A model generated the notes under the pieces. It saw only the letters and a program-made list of their open reading frames with translations. It did no database searches and was not told the DNA's origin. A stretch of 64,000 nucleotides of DNA from Methanotrichaceae archaeon (GTDB lineage: Archaea; Halobacteriota; Methanosarcinia; Methanotrichales; Methanotrichaceae): the NCBI GenBank assembly GCA_963803145.1, contig CAWDLW010000043.1, forward strand, positions 1-64,000, in the 5' to 3' direction. Positions within the stretch are counted from its first letter, which is position 1, and each line of letters begins with the position of its first letter. A program made the translations under genes and the position numbers. Shown in pieces: positions 40,198 to 51,297 of the stretch.

Positions 40198-40225
40198 CAA
40201 ATATTTTGGGGAGAGCGCTATTAGT

Positions 40226-40471
40226 CTACCAGTAGCGCTCCCATGAACCATCTAGTTTGCGAATCTTATATTTCTTGGCGTTTGCCATAAGGAATCTGTT
40301 GAGATCAGGGGCATCTCTAAAGAAGCGCTTATCTCTGAGGTTGTTATAGATATCCTCAGTTGTAAAGCCCTTCAGATTGCCACGGCTATAAACGATCCTC
40401 TCTATAGTGTAGTAGATATCATCGAACTTCCTTAAGGGAGACGTTAGCTCTGCGAACCTCATCTGCGCCAC
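40226..40471 (-). CDS. Hypothetical protein (81 aa)
   Basis: Compact ORF convergent with the nucleotidyltransferase; possibly wHTH-like. Confidence 0.5.
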   Translation of the reverse strand: MAQMRFAELTSPLRKFDDIYYTIERIVYSRGNLKGFTTEDIYNNLRDKRFFRDAPDLNRFLMANAKKYKIRKLDGSWERYW

Positions 40472-40650
40472 CTTTGGGTTGAAACGGTTTTAGCGAATAA
40501 GAACCTTTCGTTACTTCTCGTCTGGATTTCAAATCTTGATGAAGCTTGCCTTTGATCGCTTCGAAGCCGAGTTACCAAAAACTTTTAATCCTACGTTATT
40601 ATTGCTGACGAATAGTAGGAGGGTTATCGCTGTCCAGGTTACCTCTATAT

Positions 40651-42183
40651 ATGGCCCTAATTGCTTGTATGTTCTTTCTTCCTGAAGCCTATTCAATTGG
40701 GATCTCGTTCTCAGCGCAGGACGGCAGTGGTTCTGTAAGCTTGATCAGCATCTTCCATCTGGATGATAGCGTATCCGCGAATGAAGGAAGTTCAATGAGC
40801 TTTGGCCAGGTCGGAATCTTTGATACCAGGGTCCTCTCTGGAACAGGCGATATCAAAGCTGATCAATACTATTTAGGGAGCGGCGGATACATGGGCTCTG
40901 CAAGCTTCTCCACTACTGGTTCGGGATCACTGACAGGCACGGCCAACCTGACTCCGAGCTCTCTGAGCGCCTCTCAGGGCATATCAGCTTCAGGATCTTC
41001 ATCGGCCCAGATGATCCTGACCAACGGCGGCACGGCTGGCGTGAGCCTTCAAGTGCCCCAAGGCTCGATGATATCAACCCAAAGCCTGAGCATCGGAAGC
41101 GCCCATGCGTCAGGCAATTCTCATATTACGGGGAGCTTCACAAGCAATACTTATTCCACGGGCTCATCGCCTATAGACAGGAATAATGTTCCTGATGTTT
41201 ATGAGAGTGTGGATCTGTATCAGAATGCCCAGGCACCCGGAACGCCAGGTACATACGATCATGCAACCTTCAATGTCAATCCTCAAACCAAGATTCAACC
41301 TTCGGTAGATGTGGCCAGGCCTTATGATACCGTCAGCGCAGGTCAGGGCATCTTCGGAGAGAGCGTGGATGTCTGGCAGTCTCTGACTGTACAGGGAGCA
41401 GGTGCTGGCAGCACTATAGTGGATAGTGGAAATCAGGGCTCTGTGTTCACTGTGAACTCCGGCGTTAATACGCTGATCTCGGGCATGACAATCCAGGGCG
41501 GTACCGGGACTCAGGATAGTACTACGGGCGAAATGTTTGGTGGAGGCATATACAATCTTGGCACTTTGACTGTAGATAGCTGCACCATCAGCGGCAATAC
41601 TGCAACTAATGGCGGCGGAGTCTACAATAGAGGCACAGCAACCATTAACGGCGGCACCATAAGCGGTAATAAAGCACTATGTGGCGGCGGAATCTGCGAT
41701 TATGGCACAGTAACCATTAACGGCGGTACCATAAGCGGCAATACTGCAACCTGGGGCGGTGGAGTCGAAAGCGAGGGCATAACAACAATTAATGGTGGCA
41801 CCATCAGCGGCAATACTGCAACTAATGGCGGCGGAGTCGAAAATGAAGGCATAACGACCATTAACGGCGGCACTATCAGCGGTAATACTGCAGATTATGG
41901 CGGCGGAGTCTATAATTACAACACGGGCACAACAGCCATTAGCGGTGGCACTATCAGCAGTAACTCTGCACAGATCAACGGCGGAGGAATCGTAAATGAA
42001 GGCACAATATACCTATACAAGTATCTAGGACTGGATAATATAGCGATAAAGAAAAACAGCGCAGCTTTAAGCGGCATAGGCAGCGGCGGCGGAATCTACA
42101 ATACTGGCACGATCCCCACCGGCTATGGCAACTGCAACTTCGGCATTGGTGCGGATGCCAACACGCCGAATGATCACAATTGA
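40651..42183 (+). CDS. Secreted beta-helix (pectin-lyase/Pmp-like) surface protein
   Basis: Signal peptide, Ser/Gly-rich N region, and about 6 copies of a 24-aa TISGNxAxxGGGxxxxGxxTINGG repeat (41584-42000). Confidence 0.8.
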   Translation: MALIACMFFLPEAYSIGISFSAQDGSGSVSLISIFHLDDSVSANEGSSMSFGQVGIFDTRVLSGTGDIKADQYYLGSGGYMGSASFSTTGSGSLTGTANLTPSSLSASQGISASGSSSAQMILTNGGTAGVSLQVPQGSMISTQSLSIGSAHASGNSHITGSFTSNTYSTGSSPIDRNNVPDVYESVDLYQNAQAPGTPGTYDHATFNVNPQTKIQPSVDVARPYDTVSAGQGIFGESVDVWQSLTVQGAGAGSTIVDSGNQGSVFTVNSGVNTLISGMTIQGGTGTQDSTTGEMFGGGIYNLGTLTVDSCTISGNTATNGGGVYNRGTATINGGTISGNKALCGGGICDYGTVTINGGTISGNTATWGGGVESEGITTINGGTISGNTATNGGGVENEGITTINGGTISGNTADYGGGVYNYNTGTTAISGGTISSNSAQINGGGIVNEGTIYLYKYLGLDNIAIKKNSAALSGIGSGGGIYNTGTIPTGYGNCNFGIGADANTPNDHN

Positions 42184-42195
42184 GAAGCCACATCG

Positions 42196-42411
42196 ATGAA
42201 GATACTCGCGCTCATAGCACTGCTGGCTCTGATGTCCAGCGCCAGCGCCGCCTCTTGGTCCAGCACAGTTAGCACGAATGCCAACTCCTGGTCCATCTAC
42301 CGCCAGAGCGAGAGCTTGCTCTTCAACGACAAGAAGGGCTTTGGGGCGAGCACAAAGGATTGTTTGATTGCACCTGCTACAAAGTGCTCTCAAAAGCTTC
42401 AGTTTCCATAG
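42196..42411 (+). pseudogene. Truncated secreted protein (signal peptide plus short mature N-terminus)
   Basis: MKILALIALLALMSSASAASWSSTVSTNANSWSIYRQSE, then apparently unrelated sequence and an early stop. Confidence 0.4.
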
Positions 42412-42457
42412 TGAAAGCAGAATCTCAAATAGTAATACTTGACAATATCAAGTTAAG

Positions 42458-43003
42458 ATGAACCTTGAAGATCTAAGGAGTAGGATCATTTCTTGTCAAC
42501 TTTGCAGGCTCGCGAGGAGCCGTACCAATGCCGTTCCTGGCGATGGGCCAAAAGACGCGAGGATTATGCTCATTGGGGAGGCTCCAGGGGCCGAGGAGGA
42601 TCTGACCGGAAGACCGTTTGTTGGCAGAGCGGGGCGGCTGCTGGACAAGCTTCTGGCCGATGCAGGGATAGAGCGGTCTCAGGTATTTATTACAAGCGTC
42701 AATAAGTGCCGCCCACCGAATAATAGAAAGCCTAAAGTGGACGAGATGGAGATCTGCGTCGGAACTTATCTTCGCCCCCAGATGGAGCTGATCAGCCCCA
42801 AAGTAGTATGCCTAATGGGCAACGTCGCATCTCAGGCGGTAATAGGCAAGCAGGGCGTGACATCGATTCATGGACAGGTCTATAACGGCCGTTTCCTAGT
42901 AACGTTTCATCCAGCAGCAATCCTGAGAAACATGAATCTTAAAGATGCATTCGTCTCTGACCTGAAAACTGTTCGCAATATTGCCGAAGCAGAAAAGCCT
43001 TAA
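42458..43003 (+). CDS. Uracil-DNA glycosylase, family 4 (Fe-S)
   Basis: CxxC, IGEAPG, GRPFVGRAG, KCRPPNNRKP and HPAA motifs. Confidence 0.93.
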   Translation: MNLEDLRSRIISCQLCRLARSRTNAVPGDGPKDARIMLIGEAPGAEEDLTGRPFVGRAGRLLDKLLADAGIERSQVFITSVNKCRPPNNRKPKVDEMEICVGTYLRPQMELISPKVVCLMGNVASQAVIGKQGVTSIHGQVYNGRFLVTFHPAAILRNMNLKDAFVSDLKTVRNIAEAEKP

Positions 43004-43029
43004 AGGAACTTAGCCGAGGTTACTCTGAG

Positions 43030-43509
43030 ATGTACAATATTACTTATGACCTCTGGAATGATATCATCGATGATTGTATCGAGGCTCATGTGCCTCTTTT
43101 TGATGCAATGCGTCAGACAGCAGATAAAATTCAGCTATCGAGAGAACAGCTGGATGAGCTTAAGCAGAAAGGCTTCAATGAGATATACAATGAACCCTGG
43201 CACTTCATTCTCAAGATAGAGCTTTACGATGACGAGATAGAAGGTTTCGCGATCACCCTCCTGGCTGCGGAGACTCTGGAGGTATTCGATCAGATTAAGA
43301 TTAATGCCGCTTCTGCCCGTGGGATATCGGATGAGGAACTGAGCGGCTTTGAAGCTGAACACGGACTCGACATTGACGAGGAGATTTTTAAAGGGATGAA
43401 TGAGGGATTCGATATTGCTGCTGAAGCTGCTGAAAACGGAGTACTATTTGAGCTGATCGTATTCGATAGCGAGGATATAGATAATAGCGGCAACATCGAT
43501 AGATGGTAG
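43030..43509 (+). CDS. Acidic hypothetical protein
   Basis: 159-aa D/E-rich ORF with GAGG RBS. Confidence 0.65.
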   Translation: MYNITYDLWNDIIDDCIEAHVPLFDAMRQTADKIQLSREQLDELKQKGFNEIYNEPWHFILKIELYDDEIEGFAITLLAAETLEVFDQIKINAASARGISDEELSGFEAEHGLDIDEEIFKGMNEGFDIAAEAAENGVLFELIVFDSEDIDNSGNIDRW

Positions 43510-43562
43510 GCATTGGCTTATGCCCGCCATATAATAGCAGGAATTCTGCGATAGTCTCGCGA

Positions 43563-44075
43563 TCAATGATCATAATCGGAACACTGACCCTCACGGAACT
43601 TGTAGATAAAGTAATCGCCAAACGGTATCTCCTTGTTATCTATTGACAGGAGCTCGCTTCTATCGACATCGGCGACAGCAGCATCAATAAGCGCACTTAT
43701 ATTGCCACACTTGCCGACTACGCTCAGAAGTGCCTCGTTGAGAATGTCCGTTTCAACATCCTCATCCATAATGGTACAGAGCCTGTCGACCATCTGCGTA
43801 TCGGATGCGGAAAGATTGGCTGCATTTCCTATAAAGACAGAGTCAAGGTCGCTTAGGTTGTGCTCGAAATAGCCGCGGATTCCAGCATCTATTTCCTCAT
43901 CTGTGCCCACCAGCCAAAGCATCTTCTTCGCCTGAAATGTCGCCAAATTATTTATCCTGGTTGAGCAGATCGATATTTCGTTTGGATCTATCCTGAGATG
44001 GTCTGCAAGCGCCTGCTTCTTGCGCTCAAAATCCATCTCATCCTTTATCTCTGCCTCCACATTTTCACAATTCAC
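43563..44075 (-). CDS. Acidic hypothetical protein
   Basis: 170-aa ORF with AGGTGA RBS before GTG. Confidence 0.65.
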   Translation of the reverse strand: MNCENVEAEIKDEMDFERKKQALADHLRIDPNEISICSTRINNLATFQAKKMLWLVGTDEEIDAGIRGYFEHNLSDLDSVFIGNAANLSASDTQMVDRLCTIMDEDVETDILNEALLSVVGKCGNISALIDAAVADVDRSELLSIDNKEIPFGDYFIYKFREGQCSDYDH

Positions 44076-44253
44076 TCTGAATCACCTAAGTACGATCACC
44101 CTCATTTGAGCAGCGATCATATATAACAAATTGTGCAAGACATGAATTTGTAATTATCGCATGAAAGCATAGATTTCAAAGAATCTGAGGAGCCCGAGAA
44201 AAATGATGTAGGTTAAACCAACTTATTTCTACTACCAGATCATCAAAATATCT

Positions 44254-45201
44254 ATGCTTATCCACGAATCAGAGTTCAAAGCAAACATCAGCAAGCACAA
44301 TGATATATTATACCTCTGCCACCGTAACGCAGATCCTGATGCCATTGGAAGCGCCTTTGCCCTCCAGCAGGCATTCGGAGGTGTCATCGGTACTGTCGAT
44401 GATATGAGCAGGTCGGGCAAGGCACTGGCCGATGCACTAAGCGCAGAGATCTTGATGAATCCTCGAATCCAAAACTTCAATCTAGTAGTGGTAGTAGATG
44501 CATCTGTAGGACTTCAGCTGGGAAATATCAGATTCGCAAAGTATGCCGTGGTAGACCACCACCTGGACGATGGACTTCTTTCACAGGCCGAATTCTATAT
44601 CCAACGTCCTGCCAACTCGACTGCGGAGATTGTTTGGAAAATACTTCTTGAAAGCGGCGTCCAGGTCAGCAGAGAAATGGCGCTGGGCCTGCTCGTAGGT
44701 ATTATCTCTGATACAGGCAGATTCAGGCGCGGATCGCCGGAAGCCTTTAAGGCTGCCGGAGAGCTCTTAGAAAGATGCGGCGCTGGATATGATGAAGTTC
44801 TAAGTGTTCTGTCGATGCCTACCGATGTATCTCAAAGGATTGCGGTACTTAAGGCTGCCTCAAGGGCAACGATCGATAGATTTGGCAGCTGGCTGATCGC
44901 CACAACAGAGATAAACGCCTTCGAGGGGTCGGCTGCAATGGCGCTTGTAGATTTGGGTGCAGATATCGCCTTCGCGAGTAGTAAACGCGATGATGTCTCA
45001 AGGGTTAGCGGCAGGGCTAGTCGCACAGCGGTAAGAGCCGGCCTCAACCTGGCAGAACTCATGAGTTCAGTTGCCAGGGCCTATGGGGGTGAAGGAGGAG
45101 GCCACAGGGCTGCCGCTGCACTTGAAGCCGATGAGGAGTCGGCTACACTAATCACAGAATGCAAGAAAAGAGCAATTGAAGGCCTGAGAATACAGGTATG
45201 A
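44254..45201 (+). CDS. DHH/DHHA1 phosphoesterase (NrnA-like)
   Basis: HRNADPDA, VVVD, DHH, GIISDTG and GGGHRAAA motifs. Confidence 0.9.
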   Translation: MLIHESEFKANISKHNDILYLCHRNADPDAIGSAFALQQAFGGVIGTVDDMSRSGKALADALSAEILMNPRIQNFNLVVVVDASVGLQLGNIRFAKYAVVDHHLDDGLLSQAEFYIQRPANSTAEIVWKILLESGVQVSREMALGLLVGIISDTGRFRRGSPEAFKAAGELLERCGAGYDEVLSVLSMPTDVSQRIAVLKAASRATIDRFGSWLIATTEINAFEGSAAMALVDLGADIAFASSKRDDVSRVSGRASRTAVRAGLNLAELMSSVARAYGGEGGGHRAAAALEADEESATLITECKKRAIEGLRIQV

Positions 45202-45210
45202 GTTATTAAT

Positions 45211-46431
45211 TCAGGCCTTTCTCTGCCTCTGTGCGGCCTTTTTCAGAGCCTCTATACCTGGCATAGCATCGCCGGATAGGTAGGTTATGCTCGCTCCGCC
45301 ACCAATGCTTACATGTGAGAACTTTTGCTCAAGGCCAAGTTGCTCTACAGCCGCAACTGTATGCCCTCCGCCTGCAATGGAATAACTCGATTCTGCAGAA
45401 GCTTTAAGCGTCGAGGCCGTCCCGAGCTTGAACTTTTCCTGCTCAAAGATTCCTGTTGGCCCATTGAAGATTGTAACCCTTGCATTCTTCAGCTCATTTG
45501 TATATTGATCAATTGTCCCCTGTCCAATATCTGCAATCGGCAAGTCCGCGGGAATCTTATCAGCGCTTACCTCAATCCTTTCACCGCCCTTATTTACGGC
45601 GACATCCACGGGGACGAGGATCTTTTCAGGATAATCCTTCATTAGCTTTGCAGCAATTGGTATCTGCCCCAGATACTCCTGATCCTCAATGAACTTTCTA
45701 TTTGCTTCTCCAACGTTTACTCCAGCGGCCATCATGAAAACAGTAGCTACTACACCTGATGTTAGGATTCTATCAGCTCCGCCTCTCGCAAGAACGTTCT
45801 GGGCCACCTTTATCGAATCATCCGCCTTGGTGCCGCCAAGTGCAAAGACTGTTGGGTGCTCATGTCCCTTCAGGCCTTTATCAAGAGCCGTAACCTCTTT
45901 ATCGATAAGAGGTCCTGCAATGCTTGGCAGTACCTCTGTAAAACCAACGACTGAGAGATGAGATCTGTGGCAGACCGCAAAGGCATCGTTTACGAAAAGA
46001 TCGAAGAGAGGCGCAAGCTGTTTGATCATTATGCTCTTTGCATGTTCGGCAGGAGTTCTGGTCATGTTCTCCTCAGAGAAGAACCGCGTATTCTCAAGAA
46101 GTAAGACCTCTCCAGGCTCAAGCGACTTAATGGCCTCGCGAGCGTGAGAGCAGAATATATCATCGCAATATATGACATCCTTTCGCAGCAGCCTTGAAGC
46201 AAGCTTGGCGTGTGCCTCAAGTGTCGTGAAATCCTTCTTGCCTGCTCTACTCTGGTGTGCCATGAGGACAACTCTACAATCCTCAAGGGCTCGAAGTGTC
46301 TCAAGGTGGCTCCTGACCCTTTTATCGTCGAGAATATTGCCGTTCGGGCCCATGGGTGAGTTGAAGTCCACCCTTACAAGAGCCCGCTTGTTATCTAGTA
46401 CGACATCATCCAATGTGAGATAATCCTTCAA
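45211..46431 (-). CDS. pgk: Phosphoglycerate kinase
   Basis: RVDFNSP, LLENTRF, NDAFAVCHR, GGTK, GGGHT and HVSIGGGA motifs. Likely TTG start at 46431 after GGAGG (the ORF track starts at 46494). Confidence 0.96.
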   Translation of the reverse strand: MKDYLTLDDVVLDNKRALVRVDFNSPMGPNGNILDDKRVRSHLETLRALEDCRVVLMAHQSRAGKKDFTTLEAHAKLASRLLRKDVIYCDDIFCSHAREAIKSLEPGEVLLLENTRFFSEENMTRTPAEHAKSIMIKQLAPLFDLFVNDAFAVCHRSHLSVVGFTEVLPSIAGPLIDKEVTALDKGLKGHEHPTVFALGGTKADDSIKVAQNVLARGGADRILTSGVVATVFMMAAGVNVGEANRKFIEDQEYLGQIPIAAKLMKDYPEKILVPVDVAVNKGGERIEVSADKIPADLPIADIGQGTIDQYTNELKNARVTIFNGPTGIFEQEKFKLGTASTLKASAESSYSIAGGGHTVAAVEQLGLEQKFSHVSIGGGASITYLSGDAMPGIEALKKAAQRQRKA

Positions 46432-46556
46432 CTCTGTTCCTCCCGGTGTGATAAAGGTTGACATAAGAGCTATATAGCCGTTGCTAATTCTCAACGTATT
46501 GGCGGCCTAGAATTGCTATCGATGGTAGCATTACTAAAGGAAACACATGTAAGAGG

Positions 46557-47330
46557 ATGGCTGTGGATACAAACATCTCTGAATACAGAGAGGTTCAGGC
46601 GGACGAGATCCTAGCAAGGATCGAAGAAGGAGAGTCCGCAGAGTATGATCATATCCATGTGCTCGGCGACCTTGATCTGGATGAGATCAAGCTTGCAACT
46701 ATTGATAAAAAGAAATCAGTTGTATCGAGAATAAGGATCGTCTCCTCTGAGGTTCAGGGTTTCTTAGGCTTCGCCGATTCGATCTTCGAGTCCCCTGTGA
46801 GCTTCAGGGAGACTACCTTCAAAGGAGATATAGATTTCTGGGAGTCTCATTTCCTTAGGGATGCTGATTTTTGGGAGTCAAAATTCTGCGGTGATGCTAA
46901 CTTTTGGGGCTCTCATTTCGGAGGCATAGCCAACTTTACCGAGGCGGAGTTCTCGAAGAATGCCGATTTTATTATGGCAAAGCTTGATCTTGGCGGAGAA
47001 CTCTGGAAGGCATTCTTTAAAGGCGATGCTAACTTTTGGGGCGTCTGCTTCCAAGGGACGGCCAACTTTTGGAAGGCCAGGTTCTGCGAGTATGCCGATT
47101 TCAGGATATCATCGTTCGATGAGGATGCCAACTTCGCAGATGTAGTCTTCGTAAAGAATGCTGATTTTCTTATGGCCAAGTTCATCGGCGATGCTAGTTT
47201 TGCTGGGGCTGAGTTCTGCAGAACAGCGGATTTTAGGAAGGCGGAGTTCAGCAGTGCTACAAGGTTCAGAGATGCAACCTTCAAGGGGAAGCTTGACCTT
47301 ATGAGGGCAAAGCTGCCTGGCTACAGATGA
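46557..47330 (+). CDS. Pentapeptide-repeat protein
   Basis: 11-aa repeats FxxxAxFxxxx throughout the C-terminal two thirds. Confidence 0.85.
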   Translation: MAVDTNISEYREVQADEILARIEEGESAEYDHIHVLGDLDLDEIKLATIDKKKSVVSRIRIVSSEVQGFLGFADSIFESPVSFRETTFKGDIDFWESHFLRDADFWESKFCGDANFWGSHFGGIANFTEAEFSKNADFIMAKLDLGGELWKAFFKGDANFWGVCFQGTANFWKARFCEYADFRISSFDEDANFADVVFVKNADFLMAKFIGDASFAGAEFCRTADFRKAEFSSATRFRDATFKGKLDLMRAKLPGYR

Positions 47331-47508
47331 CCTTTGTCATCCTAAACAGAACTATCATTCCATAGAGGCTCGTCCGACTTGTGATAATGTCAATAGTTAC
47401 ATATCCTTAAAAGGCTAAACACGGCAAACGTCGAGATAAGTCCTTATATTTGTTCGCCGATCTGCCTCAGGAGGATCTTATGATAATAGCAACGCAGCAC
47501 TCGGTGAT

Positions 47509-50500
47509 ATGATGCTGAATTCAAAATTGATTCTGATTATGGTGGCGGCTCTGCTCTCTATATGTGCCTGCGCCGCAAGCGGAGCTGACTGGGGGAAGGA
47601 ACACCCCGTAGCGATCATCTCCGGATCGCAGCAGGAACAGCCTGCAACTGATGGCCATATCGTAGCCTGGGCCGATAATCGCAGCGGAAACTGGGACATA
47701 TTCATGTATGATCTGGAGACTGGCCTTGAGAAGTGGGTCTGCATCAATCCGCTCTTCCAGATTAACCCATGCGTCTCAGGAGAACGCATAGTCTGGCAGG
47801 ATATGCGCGCAGGCAAAGCAGACGTCTACATGTATGATGTTATAAATAGGACTGAGATTCCCATTGCAATCTCGCCTGGAAACCATACCCAGCCTGCCAT
47901 AAGCGGCGATAGAATAGTCTGGGCTGATGATAGAAATAGCAAATCAAGCATCTATATGTATGATCTGAGCCAGAAAAAGGAGAGGCTCATAGCCTCAGGG
48001 CCTGGAAGCAGGATATCTCCCAAAATCAGCGATGACAGAATAGTCTGGATGGACAGGAGCGCTGGAAAGTGGGAGATAATGCTCTATGATTTAGATAGCA
48101 GCAAAGAATCGCCTGTATCTCCGAGCGCTGGAGATCAGACGCTTCCAACCATCGGCGGGAATATCATCGCCTGGGCAGATAGCAGCACGGGCAACTCAGA
48201 TATCGCATTCTACGACCTATCGACTCAGAAGCTTACACACCTATCGAAGCCAGGCAACCAGACTGCTCCTGCGGCGTATGGGGAGTATATCGCCTACGAG
48301 AACAACAATACAGATGTCTGGCTCTACGATATCAAAACGGGAAGCGATTTCCAGATAGCTCCCGGCTCTATCAAAATGGAACCCGCCATAGGTGAGAGAG
48401 GCGTTGTCTGGTCAGATTACAGAGAAGGTGCAAAGGATCCAGATATCTACATGTACGACTTCAAGATCCTGGCAGATATACCTATAACGTCAGAGAACTA
48501 TAACCACACGAATCCTTCGATCTCAGGGGATAATATCGTCTGGACGGACAATAGAATTGGCAATTTCAATGTTTATCTATTCAATACCAAAACCAATCAG
48601 GAGAAGAGTATAACCAATGACAAGATGGATCACAGTAGCCCAGATATCAGCGGCAATAATATCATCTGGACCGACAAAAGCAAGGGCAACCTCAATATCT
48701 TCCTCTACGACCTTTCGACTGCCAAAGTGAAGCAGGTGACGACTGATGCGTCAGACCACCGCTATTCAATGATTGAAGGAAACAACATTGTCTGGGTGGA
48801 CAACAGGACAGGGAGCGACCAGGTCTATCTGTACAACATTGCAACCGGAAAGGAAAGGCAGATCACCAATCAAAAATCGATGAAGCTATCGCCTGTCGTA
48901 AGCGAAGACAAGATAGTATGGATCGATGACAAGAATCAGTATTGGCAGGTGTTCCTATATAACATGACCTCCGGATCAGAGGTTCAAATAACCAAGGATC
49001 CACATAGGCACGCCCAGCCATGGATTTACGGGGATACCATTGTGTGGGCTGATGGCAGAAACGGAAACTGGGATATATATTCCTACAACCTGACCACTAA
49101 GACGGAGAAGCCTATTTCCACAGATCCATCCAACCAAGGATCTCCATGCGTTTATGGGAAATATGTAGCCTGGCTCGATGAACGCACTGGAAATCCATCC
49201 ATTTATCTTTACGACCTTGAAAAGGAAGTGGAGGTGCCGATAGCCACCAACCCAACTATCCAGACGCCCAATGACGGCAAGGGAGATCCTAACAGATTGA
49301 AGCCATATTCGTCCTCAAAGATACTGAGCGGAGATAAGATAGTCTGGATGGACCAAAGCGGAACATCATCTCAGATAATGATGAGATATATCATCACAGA
49401 TCCTATGCTGCTCTTGAGTGCTGATTTTCCAAACACCAATGGCAGCCTTATGGTCTGGAGCGACAACCGACGTAGCAAATTGAATAGCGGTGATCTCTGG
49501 AATATCTATGGATTCGATTCATCCACAAGATCTGAGAAACCCATCTCGATATCGGACGCAGACGAACTCTATCCGCACGTATCAGGCGATAAAGTAGTCT
49601 GGTCGGATTACAGAGGAGGCAACGCTCAGATCTATATGAAGAATCTGACCACAGGCGTTGAATCTGCCATAACCTCAGGCAAAGGCGATAAGATCTGGCC
49701 ATCCATTTCCGGAGACAGGATCGTTTGGATGGACAATTCAAGCGGCAATTGGGATATTTACCTTCGCGATCTCAAGGGCAATGCAACCTTGCCGGTATAC
49801 AAAGGTCCAGGCCAGCAGATGTACCCCGTGATAAGCGGAAATCTTGTTGTCTGGCAAGATAATCGCAATGGCAAGTGGGATATCTATGCCTACGACATAG
49901 GGAACCGCAAAGAGACCAAGCTGACAGCAGATCCTGGAGATCATGTATACCCCGATGTATCAGGCAATATCATAGCCTGGGAAGACAAGAACGCTGGCCA
50001 TATATCCTACTACTTCTGGGATTTGAAAAAGAGCAGGACCTATACGCGATCAGGCGTGCAGTCGAGTCCTGTTGTCTCCGGCAATAATATCGCATACGTG
50101 GATGGAATAGGAGCGAACACATCTATACGTAAGCTGGATGTCAGCACCTGGAAAGATGAGTTAGTTTCGCTCGGACCTGGTCAGGTCAAGCCAAGTATAG
50201 ACAAAAAGCTGGTCTGGCTCGATGCTCCGACCGGCAAGCCAAGATCGATAACTATTGCCTCAGGCCAGATCAGCGTGATTTGCGATGCTCCAGGAGATCA
50301 GAGCCGCCCAACTGTGGGAGGCGACGACCAGGTAGGATATTATGTAGCCTGGATGGATAACCGTACCGGAAATCCAAACGTTTATGTCTACAGCCTGACC
50401 CAGGAGATAGAGATACCGCTAGCGGCAAGTCCCTTCCCGCAGATGTACCCGGACATTCATGGAGAGGTCATCAGTTGGATGGCGTTTGATCCTCTCAAGA

Positions 50501-51165
50501 ATTACTGGGCGATTCAAACATTCGATATTGCCAGAGTCAACAGATCAGAGCTGGTCTGGGGACTGTACGATCCTGCGCCCATCTCCCAGAGCGATCAGTA
50601 TCTGACGTATGTAAATAAACCTGTAGAAAATTTCGGCTGGAGGATCTACAAGAAGCTGCTCTACGGCACTGAAACTTCTCCTGCCATACCTCCCGGAGGC
50701 GAACATCCACGCGCGGGAGGAGATACTGTCGTTTACCAGGACAGCCAGAGCGGCAAATGGGATATCTGGCTATGGAAGCAGGGCAGAGATCCGAGTCAGC
50801 TTACCAGCGGATCTGGCGATAAGATAAACCCTGCAACCGATGGAAAAACTGTAGTATGGCAGGATAATCGCAACGGCAAATGGGATATCTATGCTCTGGA
50901 TCTGAGAACCAATAAAGAGACACGGATAACCAAAGGCGGAGCCGACCATACCAACCCCGATGTCGAGAACGGAATTATAGTCTGGCAGGATAAACGCAAC
51001 GGCAACTGGGATATATACTCTTACAACCTTAATACCGGAAGCGAGAGGCCGATATGCGTCGCCCGAGGAGATCAGACAGAGCCGCGGATAGGAGGAAACG
51101 GCAGAATCGTCTGGACCGATAATAGTAGCGGGAACAAAGATATCTACATCTATGAGAACTACTAA
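47509..51165 (+). CDS. Secreted beta-propeller repeat surface protein (Methanosarcina type)
   Basis: Signal peptide; roughly 28 repeats of PxIxGxxIVWxDxRxGxxDIYxYD. Confidence 0.9.
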   Translation: MMLNSKLILIMVAALLSICACAASGADWGKEHPVAIISGSQQEQPATDGHIVAWADNRSGNWDIFMYDLETGLEKWVCINPLFQINPCVSGERIVWQDMRAGKADVYMYDVINRTEIPIAISPGNHTQPAISGDRIVWADDRNSKSSIYMYDLSQKKERLIASGPGSRISPKISDDRIVWMDRSAGKWEIMLYDLDSSKESPVSPSAGDQTLPTIGGNIIAWADSSTGNSDIAFYDLSTQKLTHLSKPGNQTAPAAYGEYIAYENNNTDVWLYDIKTGSDFQIAPGSIKMEPAIGERGVVWSDYREGAKDPDIYMYDFKILADIPITSENYNHTNPSISGDNIVWTDNRIGNFNVYLFNTKTNQEKSITNDKMDHSSPDISGNNIIWTDKSKGNLNIFLYDLSTAKVKQVTTDASDHRYSMIEGNNIVWVDNRTGSDQVYLYNIATGKERQITNQKSMKLSPVVSEDKIVWIDDKNQYWQVFLYNMTSGSEVQITKDPHRHAQPWIYGDTIVWADGRNGNWDIYSYNLTTKTEKPISTDPSNQGSPCVYGKYVAWLDERTGNPSIYLYDLEKEVEVPIATNPTIQTPNDGKGDPNRLKPYSSSKILSGDKIVWMDQSGTSSQIMMRYIITDPMLLLSADFPNTNGSLMVWSDNRRSKLNSGDLWNIYGFDSSTRSEKPISISDADELYPHVSGDKVVWSDYRGGNAQIYMKNLTTGVESAITSGKGDKIWPSISGDRIVWMDNSSGNWDIYLRDLKGNATLPVYKGPGQQMYPVISGNLVVWQDNRNGKWDIYAYDIGNRKETKLTADPGDHVYPDVSGNIIAWEDKNAGHISYYFWDLKKSRTYTRSGVQSSPVVSGNNIAYVDGIGANTSIRKLDVSTWKDELVSLGPGQVKPSIDKKLVWLDAPTGKPRSITIASGQISVICDAPGDQSRPTVGGDDQVGYYVAWMDNRTGNPNVYVYSLTQEIEIPLAASPFPQMYPDIHGEVISWMAFDPLKNYWAIQTFDIARVNRSELVWGLYDPAPISQSDQYLTYVNKPVENFGWRIYKKLLYGTETSPAIPPGGEHPRAGGDTVVYQDSQSGKWDIWLWKQGRDPSQLTSGSGDKINPATDGKTVVWQDNRNGKWDIYALDLRTNKETRITKGGADHTNPDVENGIIVWQDKRNGNWDIYSYNLNTGSERPICVARGDQTEPRIGGNGRIVWTDNSSGNKDIYIYENY

Positions 51166-51166
51166 A

Positions 51167-51199
51167 GAGGCGGCAGTTTCCGCCTTTCTTTTCTTTTGT
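51167..51199 (+). terminator. Putative terminator
   Basis: aggcgg...ccgcct stem followed by ttcttttctttt. Confidence 0.55.
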
Positions 51200-51297
51200 T
51201 AAGCTTTCAGATTTTATAACATATCGATCTGCTGCGGGGCAAAGTTTATTTATCTAAGGGGCATTAGCTCGGCATTTAAGAACGTTTGGAGCAATCC

